Assembly (NCBI RefSeq): GCF_016127575.1
Contig: NZ_CP066018.1
Location: forward strand, 3,270,001 to 3,302,000
Length of the DNA: 32,000 nt
Source of the DNA: Cupriavidus necator
Lineage (GTDB): Bacteria > Pseudomonadota > Gammaproteobacteria > Burkholderiales > Burkholderiaceae
Direction of reading: 5' to 3'
Under the pieces are notes generated by a model. That model was not told where the DNA came from. It saw only the letters and a program-made list of their open reading frames with translations, and did no database searches. Of the stretch, positions 18,846 through 25,805 are shown piece by piece (within the stretch, counting starts at the first letter, position 1; every line of letters begins with the position of its first letter). The position numbers and the translations under genes were made by a program.

Positions 18846-19025
18846 CTGAGCCAGGCACTGCCGCCATGCCTTGGCCGGCACGAGCAGCAGCCGCGCCGCG
18901 GTCAGAAAATTACCAGAAACAAGACGGAAGAGGTCGGGGCAGGCCCGGGCGCATGATCCTGCGCGTCGCCGCGGCCTGGCGCACGGCGTCGCTTCCGGCA
19001 TCAGCTCGGCAGGGAGGCCGGTGCG

Positions 19026-19652
19026 ATGACCCTCTATGAACTGAAGCCCAGGTTCCAGGCCCGGTTGCGCCCCATGGTGCAGGACCTGGCGCAGCGCGGC
19101 GTGACTGCCAACCAGGTGACGCTGGCCGCCGCGGCCGGCTCCCTGGCGGTGGGGGTGCTGGCCACGCTGGGCATGCTGGTGGCCGAGACCCCGGCGCTGT
19201 TCCTGCTGTTCCCTCTATGGTTGTTCCTGCGCATGGCGCTCAACGCCGTCGACGGCATGCTGGCGCGCGAGCACGGCCAGCAGAGCGTGCTGGGTGTCTA
19301 CCTGAACGAGCTTGGCGACATTGCCTCGGACCTGGCGCTGATCCTGCCGCTGGCCGCGCTGCCGGACTTCAGCCTGGGCCAGGTCGGCACCTTCGCGCTG
19401 CTGGCGGTGATCGTCGAGGCCACCGGGCTGATCGGCCCGCTGGCCGGGGCCAGCCGGCGCTACGACGGCCCGCTGGGCAAGAGCGACCGCGCCTTCGCGG
19501 TCGGCGCGATCGCGCTGTGGGCAGGTGTTGGCCTGGGCTTTGGCGCGGCCGCCAGCTGGCTGTGGCTGGTGCTGTCGCTGCTGTCGCTGTTTACGATTGC
19601 CAACCGGGTGCGCCGCGGTGTCGCCGAGGCCCAGTCCCGCACAGCGGAGTAG
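19026..19652 (+). CDS. ynbA: CDP-alcohol phosphatidyltransferase-family membrane protein (YnbA-like).
   Basis: MTLYELKPRFQ...LNAVDGMLAREHGQQSVLGVYLNELGDIASD (DGxxAR...GDxxxD variant of the CDP-alcohol motif)...GKSDRAF. Multiple hydrophobic spans. It is the first gene of the coupled operon. Confidence 0.85.
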   Translation: MTLYELKPRFQARLRPMVQDLAQRGVTANQVTLAAAAGSLAVGVLATLGMLVAETPALFLLFPLWLFLRMALNAVDGMLAREHGQQSVLGVYLNELGDIASDLALILPLAALPDFSLGQVGTFALLAVIVEATGLIGPLAGASRRYDGPLGKSDRAFAVGAIALWAGVGLGFGAAASWLWLVLSLLSLFTIANRVRRGVAEAQSRTAE

Positions 19653-19656
19653 CGAG

Positions 19657-21426
19657 ATGGACCGACCGTCGACGCGCCAGCCGCAAGAGCGGCAATTCGA
19701 GACCCACGACCGCCAGACGCTGTTCTATCGGCACTGGCCGGCGGTGGAGGGCCCGGCGCGCGGCGCCGTGGTGTTGTTCCATCGCGGCCATGAGCATTCC
19801 GGCCGGGTCGCCCACCTGGCCGACGAACTGAACCTGCCCGGCTACGAGATCTTTGCCTGGGATGCGCGCGGCCACGGCCGTTCGCCCGGCGAGCGCGGCT
19901 ACAGCCCCAGCCTGGCGGACTCGGTGCGCGATATCCAGACCTTCACCACCCATATCGCCGAGGTCCACGGCATCCCGCTGGAACGCACCGCGGTGATCGC
20001 GCAGAGCGTGGGCGCGGTGCTGGCCGCCACCTGGGTGCACGACTACGCGCCGCCGATCCGCGCGCTGGTGCTGGCCTCGCCCGCGTTCAAGGTCAAGCTC
20101 TACGTGCCCTTTGCGCGGCCGGGGCTGAAGCTGATGCAGCGCCTGCGCGGCAAGTTTTTCGTCAACAGCTACGTCAAGGCCAAGTTCCTCACGCACGATC
20201 CCGAGCGCATCGCCAGCTACGACAGCGATCCGCTGATCACGCGCCCGATCGCGGTCAATATCCTGCTGGACCTGTACGACACGGCGGAGCGCATCGTCGC
20301 CGATGCCGCGGCGATCACGGTGCCGACGCAGCTGCTGATCTCCGGCGCCGACTGGGTCGTGCATCGCGGGCCGCAGGACCGCTTCTATGAGCGCCTGGGT
20401 GCGCGCACCAAGGAGCGCATCGTGCTGGACGGCTTCTATCACGACACGCTCGGTGAGCGCGACCGCAAGCTGGCGGTCGATGCCGCGCGCCGCTTTATCC
20501 TGCGCGAATTCGACATGCCGTCGGCGCCGCGCTCGCTGCTCGATGCCGACCAGATCGGCCCGTTCCGCGAGGAATCCGACCGCCTGGCGTCGGCGCCTGT
20601 CGGGCTGGCCGCCTGGTACTGGCGCGCGGCGCGGGCCAACCTGAAGCTGGGCGGAATACTGTCGGACGGGGTGCGGCTGGGCCATGAGACCGGCTTCGAC
20701 TCGGGCTCGACGCTCGACTATGTTTACCGCAACGCCCCCTCGGGCCGCGGCAAGCTGGGCCGGCTGGCCGACCAGCAGTACCTGGACGCGATCGGCTGGC
20801 GCGGCATCCGCCAGCGCAAGGTCCACGCCGAGGCCCTGATCGCCGAGGCCGTGCGGCGGCTGCGCGCGGGCGGCATGCCGGTGCGGATCGTCGACATCGC
20901 CGCCGGGCACGGGCGCTATGTGCTTGAGGCGCTGGGCGCGCTGGATGGCGGCGCCGCGGCGGTCGAGTCGATCCTGCTGCGCGACTACAGCCCGCTGAAC
21001 GTCGAGCAGGGCCGCGCCCTGATCGCCGCCAAGGACCTCGCGGACGTGGCCCGCTTCGAGCAGGGCGATGCCTTCGACGGCGACAGCCTGGCGGCGCTGG
21101 CACCGGCGCCGACACTGGCGGTGGTTTCCGGCCTGTACGAACTGTTTCCCGACAACGCGATGGTGCGGCGCTCGCTCGAGGGCCTGGCGCGCGCGGTGCC
21201 GCCCGGCGGCTATCTGGTCTACACCGGCCAGCCCTGGCATCCGCAGCTGGAATTCATCGCGCGCGCGCTCACCAGCCACCGCGCCGGCGCCGCCTGGGTG
21301 ATGCGCCGCCGCTCGCAGGCCGAGATGGACGAACTGGTGCGGGCCGCTGGCTTTGACAAGGTGACCCAGCGTATCGACCCGTGGGGCATCTTCACCGTCA
21401 GCCTGGCGCGCAGGCGCGGCGCATGA
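19657..21426 (+). CDS. ynbC: Bifunctional alpha/beta-hydrolase (lysophospholipase-like) :: class I SAM-dependent methyltransferase (YnbC-like).
   Basis: N-terminal half: VVLFHRGHEHSGR (oxyanion region), IAQSVGA (nucleophile elbow variant), GFYHD (His). C-terminal half: RIVDIAAGHGRYVLEAL (motif I), LLRDYS, VVSGLYELF. The ATG at 19657 lies 4 nt after the ynbA-like stop. Confidence 0.85.
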   Translation: MDRPSTRQPQERQFETHDRQTLFYRHWPAVEGPARGAVVLFHRGHEHSGRVAHLADELNLPGYEIFAWDARGHGRSPGERGYSPSLADSVRDIQTFTTHIAEVHGIPLERTAVIAQSVGAVLAATWVHDYAPPIRALVLASPAFKVKLYVPFARPGLKLMQRLRGKFFVNSYVKAKFLTHDPERIASYDSDPLITRPIAVNILLDLYDTAERIVADAAAITVPTQLLISGADWVVHRGPQDRFYERLGARTKERIVLDGFYHDTLGERDRKLAVDAARRFILREFDMPSAPRSLLDADQIGPFREESDRLASAPVGLAAWYWRAARANLKLGGILSDGVRLGHETGFDSGSTLDYVYRNAPSGRGKLGRLADQQYLDAIGWRGIRQRKVHAEALIAEAVRRLRAGGMPVRIVDIAAGHGRYVLEALGALDGGAAAVESILLRDYSPLNVEQGRALIAAKDLADVARFEQGDAFDGDSLAALAPAPTLAVVSGLYELFPDNAMVRRSLEGLARAVPPGGYLVYTGQPWHPQLEFIARALTSHRAGAAWVMRRRSQAEMDELVRAAGFDKVTQRIDPWGIFTVSLARRRGA

Positions 21427-22808
21427 GCACGGTGCCGACGGAGGTTGGCGCCGGGGCGCATTCGCAGCTGCCTGCAGGCAACCGGCCCTGGGGGCTGGCC
21501 TGCCTGCTGCTGGCGCTGGCCGGCGCGTTCTTTTTCTCCAGCTACGGCTTTGCCAACTGGCTGGCGAGCCAGCGCGCCAACGTTCCGGCGGTCTATTTCG
21601 AATGGGAGCAGGGGATCCCGTTCCTGCCGTGGACCATCGTGCCGTACTGGTCGATCGACCTGCTGTACGGCATCTCCTTCTTCCTGTGGCGCACGCGCGC
21701 GGCGCTGCTCACGCACGTCAGGCGGTTGGTACTGGCGCAGCTGGTGTCGGTGGCGTGCTTTATCGCCTTCCCGCTGCGCTTCAGCTTTGCCCGGCCCGAG
21801 GCCGACGGCCTGCCGGGCCAGCTGTTCACGCTGCTGGGCGGTTTCGACCTGCCGTTCAACCAGGCGCCGTCGCTGCATATCAGCCTGCTGGTGATCCTGT
21901 GGGTCGCCTTTGCGGCGCACCTGCGCGGCGGCTGGCGCTGGCTGCTGCACGGCTGGTTTGCGCTGATCGGGGTCTCGGTGCTGACCACCTGGCAGCACCA
22001 CCTGATCGATGTGCCCACCGGCGCGCTGGTGGGCTGGCTGTGCGTTTACCTGTTCCCGATGCAACGGCCCGCTGCAGGCGCGCCGGATGCGCGCACGCGC
22101 CAGCTGTCGCGCCGCTACACCGTGGGCGCGCTGGTGGGGTTGCTGTGCGCGGTGCTGGCGGTGGGTGCGTCGGTGACGCTGGCGTTGCTGCTGTTGTGGG
22201 CCGCGCTGGCGCTGGCCTGCGTCGCCCGGATCTACGCGCTGGCCGCGCCGGCGTGGTTCCAGAAGGACGGCGATGGGATGATGGCCCCGGCCGCGCGCTG
22301 GGTGCTGGCGCCGTACCTGCTGGGCGCCTTCCTCAATTCGCGCTGGTGGACGCGGCGCGCGCCGCAGCCCAGTGCCATCGCGGACGGCATCTGGGTTGGC
22401 CGCTTCCCGACCCGCGCCGAACTGCGCGCGATCGGGGCGGACGCCGTCCTCGACCTGACCGCCGAACTGTCGCGCGCAGCCACCGACCCGGCGCTTGCGT
22501 ATCGTTGCGTGCCGGTACTGGACCTGACCGTGCCGACGCCGGAGCAGTTGGACAAGGCCGTGGCTCAACTCGACGCCTGGCAGCGGCAGGGCCGCCGCGT
22601 GCTGGTCAGCTGCGCGCTCGGCTATTCGCGCAGCGCGCTGGTTGCCGCCGCATGGCTGGCGCGCCAGCAGGGACTGCGCGACGCCGGCGCTGCGCTGGCG
22701 TTGCTGCGCGAGCATCGCCCGGCGGTGGTGCTCGGGCGCGAACATGCTGAGGCGCTGCAACGCTGCCTGGACCGTCCCGCCATGCCGGAGCCCGATGATG
22801 GCCGCTGA
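21423..22808 (+). CDS. ynbD: Membrane PAP2_C / sphingomyelin-synthase-like phosphotransferase domain fused to a cytoplasmic dual-specificity (CX5R) phosphatase domain (YnbD-like).
   Basis: N-terminal membrane domain with PSLHISL and TWQHHLIDVPTGALVGW (compare the SMS/IPC-synthase SGH and HYTxDV motifs). C-terminal VLVSCALGYSRS is a CX5R(S) P-loop (22611-22631). The start ATG overlaps the previous stop (ATGA). Confidence 0.82.
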   Translation: MSTVPTEVGAGAHSQLPAGNRPWGLACLLLALAGAFFFSSYGFANWLASQRANVPAVYFEWEQGIPFLPWTIVPYWSIDLLYGISFFLWRTRAALLTHVRRLVLAQLVSVACFIAFPLRFSFARPEADGLPGQLFTLLGGFDLPFNQAPSLHISLLVILWVAFAAHLRGGWRWLLHGWFALIGVSVLTTWQHHLIDVPTGALVGWLCVYLFPMQRPAAGAPDARTRQLSRRYTVGALVGLLCAVLAVGASVTLALLLLWAALALACVARIYALAAPAWFQKDGDGMMAPAARWVLAPYLLGAFLNSRWWTRRAPQPSAIADGIWVGRFPTRAELRAIGADAVLDLTAELSRAATDPALAYRCVPVLDLTVPTPEQLDKAVAQLDAWQRQGRRVLVSCALGYSRSALVAAAWLARQQGLRDAGAALALLREHRPAVVLGREHAEALQRCLDRPAMPEPDDGR

Positions 22809-23229
22809 GTTCACGCAAGGCACTGATGCCTGGATCGCGCACGCCGTCGCCGGGGCGCTGTCGGGCGCCGTGTGGATCGGCGCGGCCGGGCTGGCTTTCG
22901 GCGTGGCCACGGTATGGCTGGGGGTGGCCACGCCGGTCCCGCGCGTGCTGGCGGCCGCGTCGCTGCTGCTGGCGCTGCCCCAGGTCTGGCTGCTGCTGCG
23001 CGTTGCCATCGACCGCCGGCTGTTCGATGCGCTCGCGGCCGGGCGGCAGGACCAGCCCGACCTGGCCGGATTGGACGCCGCGCTGCTCGAACTGGGCTGG
23101 ATGCCGGCGCAGCGCGCCGGCCGTCCGTTGCCGGACCGCGCCCGCGGTGCGCTGCGGCTGGTGCGCGCCAGCGCCGCGCTGACTGTGTGCCAGCTGGCGC
23201 TGGCCTTGCTGACCGTGATCCTGAGGTAA
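22795..23229 (+). CDS. Small hydrophobic protein (144 aa, 2-3 predicted membrane spans); unknown function.
   Basis: High GC3 content. Hydrophobic stretches AHAVAGALSGAVWIGAAGLAFGVATVWLGV and LAAASLLLALPQVWLLL, with a C-terminal LTVCQLALALLTVIL. It overlaps the upstream gene by 14 nt and ends 6 nt before the acyltransferase gene, so it fits the operon exactly. Confidence 0.6.
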   Translation: MMAAEFTQGTDAWIAHAVAGALSGAVWIGAAGLAFGVATVWLGVATPVPRVLAAASLLLALPQVWLLLRVAIDRRLFDALAAGRQDQPDLAGLDAALLELGWMPAQRAGRPLPDRARGALRLVRASAALTVCQLALALLTVILR

Positions 23230-23235
23230 CCAACC

Positions 23236-23862
23236 ATGTGGCTTGCCCGCGCGACCGCGCGCGCCATCATCGTCTTCGCCCGGCTGCTGACCGGCATGCG
23301 CGCCAACTGGCAGGGCTGCATCCCCGCCGCGGTGCAGCGCGTCTACTTTGCCAACCACAGCAGCCACGGCGACTTCGTGCTGATCTGGGGCTGCCTGCCG
23401 CCCGACCTGCGCACAGTCACGCGCCCGGTGGCCGGTGCCGACTACTGGGATCGCTCGTCGCTGCGGCGCTTTATCGGCCGCGACGTATTCCACGCGCTGC
23501 TGATCGACCGCACCCGCAGCGAACCAGGCAGCGACCCGGTGGCGCTGATGCACGGCGCGCTGGCATCCGGCGACTCGCTGATCCTGTTTCCCGAAGGCAC
23601 GCGCAATACCACCGACGCGCGCCTGCTGCCGTTCAAGAGCGGCATCTACCACCTGGCGCGGGCCTGCCCCGGGGTGGAGTTCGTGCCGGTGTGGATCGAC
23701 AACCTCAACCGCGTGATGCCCAAGGGCGAAGTCGTGCCGGTGCCGCTGCTGTGCACCGTCACCTTTGGGCAGCCGGTGCTGCTGGCCGCCGAGGACAGCA
23801 AGGAAGCCTTCCTTGCGCGCTGTCGCGACGGCCTGCTCGCGCTTGCCCCGGAGCTGGAATGA
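23236..23862 (+). CDS. Lysophospholipid (1-acyl-sn-glycerol-3-phosphate-type) acyltransferase, PlsC family.
   Basis: NHSSHGD (HX4D catalytic block, 23353-23373), FIGRD, LILFPEGTRN (block III), and the PVWID block. Confidence 0.87.
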   Translation: MWLARATARAIIVFARLLTGMRANWQGCIPAAVQRVYFANHSSHGDFVLIWGCLPPDLRTVTRPVAGADYWDRSSLRRFIGRDVFHALLIDRTRSEPGSDPVALMHGALASGDSLILFPEGTRNTTDARLLPFKSGIYHLARACPGVEFVPVWIDNLNRVMPKGEVVPVPLLCTVTFGQPVLLAAEDSKEAFLARCRDGLLALAPELE

Positions 23863-24821
23863 CCGCCATGCCCACTTTGCACTGGAGCCCCGAGACCTGG
23901 CTGCTGTTCGGCGGACTGTTCGGCGTGCTGCTGCTGGCCTCCACCGTGACCGCGCTGCTGCGCTGGCGGGTGGCGGGCGGCGGCCAGCACGCGGTGATCG
24001 ACAACCTGGCGCAGCGCGTCTGGGCCTGGTGGTGGATGATCGGCATCATGGGCGTGGCCTTTGCGCTGGGCCGCACCGCGGTGATCGTGCTGTTCTACCT
24101 GCTTTCGTTCTTCGCGCTGCGCGAGTTCGTCACCATCATCACCACGCGGCGCGGCGACCATCACGCCATCGTCGCCGCCTTTTTCGTGTTCCTGCCGCTG
24201 CAGTACGTGCTGGTCTATATCGGCTGGTACGGCATGTTCTCGATCCTGATCCCGGTCTATGCCTTCCTGATCCTGCCGATCCTGGCGGCGCTGTCGTCCG
24301 AGACCACGCGCTTCCTGGAGCGCTGCGCCGGAGTGCAGTGGGCGGTGATGGTGTGCGTGTTCTGCATCTCGCACGTGCCGGCGCTGCTGACGCTGCCGAT
24401 CCCGGGCTTTGAAGGCCGCAACCTGCTGCTGATCGCCTTCCTGGTGATCGTGGTGCAGGGCAGCGACGTGCTGCAGTATGTGTGGGGCAAGCTGTGCGGC
24501 AAGCGCAAGATCGCGCCGCTGCTGTCGCCGTCCAAGACCGTCGAGGGCTTTGTCGGCGGCGTGGCCAGTGCCACCGCGCTGGGCGCGGCGCTGTGGTGGA
24601 TCACGCCGTTCTCGCCGTGGCAGGCCGGCGCGATTGCGCTGGTGATTGCGCTGATGGGTTTCCTCGGCGGGCTGGTGATGTCGGCGATCAAGCGCGACCG
24701 CGGCATCAAGGACTGGGGCCATATGATCCAGGGCCACGGCGGCATGCTGGACCGGCTGGACTCAGTGGTGTTCGCCGCGCCGGTGTTCTTCCATATCACC
24801 CGCTACTGGTGGGTGCCCTGA
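23859..24821 (+). CDS. ynbB: Phosphatidate cytidylyltransferase paralogue (CDP-diacylglycerol synthase family, YnbB-like).
   Basis: Polytopic membrane protein ending in the CdsA signature region SPSKTVEGFVGG...SAIKRDRGIKDWGHMIQGHGGMLDRLDS. ATGA overlap with the acyltransferase stop. The track ORF 22872-24821 is a 5' over-extension. Confidence 0.88.
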   Translation: MTAMPTLHWSPETWLLFGGLFGVLLLASTVTALLRWRVAGGGQHAVIDNLAQRVWAWWWMIGIMGVAFALGRTAVIVLFYLLSFFALREFVTIITTRRGDHHAIVAAFFVFLPLQYVLVYIGWYGMFSILIPVYAFLILPILAALSSETTRFLERCAGVQWAVMVCVFCISHVPALLTLPIPGFEGRNLLLIAFLVIVVQGSDVLQYVWGKLCGKRKIAPLLSPSKTVEGFVGGVASATALGAALWWITPFSPWQAGAIALVIALMGFLGGLVMSAIKRDRGIKDWGHMIQGHGGMLDRLDSVVFAAPVFFHITRYWWVP

Positions 24822-24833
24822 GCACCCCGGCCC

Positions 24834-25733
24834 TCACAGCTCCATCTCTTCGCACCACGCCACCACTGCATCGCGGAAGTCCTGGCAGATCGGCGACAGG
24901 TAGCCATCGGCGCGCCACAGCACGGCCAGCTCATGCTGCCACGACATGCCTGGCGCCTCGATCGCGGCCAGCCCCTGGCCCTCGGCCTGGTGCAGCATGC
25001 GCGGCGGCATGATGCCGAGCAGGTCCGAGTGCCGCAGCAGCTCGCCGAAGGCCACCGGCGACGCCGTGCTTTCCACTGCCACGCGCGGCGGCGGCAGCCC
25101 GACCGAGGTAAACCGTTCCTCCAGCCACTGGCGCAGGTAGAGCGAACTCGCCGGCACCACCCAGCGCTCGCCGCTCAGGTCGGCCAGCGTGCGGAAGCCC
25201 TCGCGGCGCGGATGGCCGGTGCGGGACACGATCTGCATGGTCAGCGGACCGAGCGGCAGCCAGGCAATGTCCGGCGGCAGGCTGGTCGGGCGCGCGCCCA
25301 GGATCAGGTCGGCCTCGCCGTTCTGCAGCATCGCCATCAGGCGCGCGCTCAGGTGGGTCTCGATCGAGAACGTGGCCAGCGGCCGGCTCAGGAAGAAGCG
25401 GGCCAGCAGCGGCGACAGCAGCGACGGCAGCAGGTAGGGGATGGCGCCCAGGCGCACCGTGCCCGCGCGCGCCGCGCGCTGCTCGGCCAGTTCGTTGCGC
25501 ATGTCGCCCGCCGCCAGCGCGATCCGGCGCGCATGGGCGGCCAGGGTGCGGCCCACGCTGGTCGGCACCAGCCCGCGCGGGGTGCGCTCGAACAAGGGCA
25601 TGCCGGCTTCGCCTTCCAGCCGCGCCAGCGTCTTGGACAGGCCGGACTGGGTCATGCCGAGGGTGTCGGCGGCGCGGTGCAGGTTGCCTTGCTCGATGAC
25701 AACCAGGAAGGCTTCAAGATCCTCGAATCGCAT
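24834..25733 (-). CDS. LysR-family transcriptional regulator.
   Basis: MRFEDLEAFLVVIEQGNLHRAADTLGMTQSGLSKTLARLEGEAGMPLFERTPRGLVPT (the LysR wHTH), followed by a LysR_substrate-like C-terminal domain. Confidence 0.92.
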   Translation of the reverse strand: MRFEDLEAFLVVIEQGNLHRAADTLGMTQSGLSKTLARLEGEAGMPLFERTPRGLVPTSVGRTLAAHARRIALAAGDMRNELAEQRAARAGTVRLGAIPYLLPSLLSPLLARFFLSRPLATFSIETHLSARLMAMLQNGEADLILGARPTSLPPDIAWLPLGPLTMQIVSRTGHPRREGFRTLADLSGERWVVPASSLYLRQWLEERFTSVGLPPPRVAVESTASPVAFGELLRHSDLLGIMPPRMLHQAEGQGLAAIEAPGMSWQHELAVLWRADGYLSPICQDFRDAVVAWCEEMEL

Positions 25734-25765
25734 GGGGCGTGATGGCGCTGGGGTCGGTGCGGGCC

Positions 25766-25771
25766 ATTGTA
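25766..25771 (-). promoter_or_regulatory. Candidate -10 box (TACAAT) for the LysR gene.
   Basis: The minus strand reads CGCTACAATG 32 nt upstream of the LysR ATG, inside the 72-nt amidase-LysR spacer. No good -35 element. Confidence 0.25.
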
Positions 25772-25805
25772 GCGCCGCACCTCCCCCGCGCCGGTCACGC
25801 AGGGC

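Noticed and set aside
24811-24827. Hairpin GGGTGC-cctga-GCACCC between the convergent CdsA-like and LysR genes, considered as a bidirectional terminator.
   Set aside because: It has only a 6-bp stem, overlaps the last codons and stop of the CdsA-like gene, and has no U-tract on either strand. That is not enough to call a terminator.
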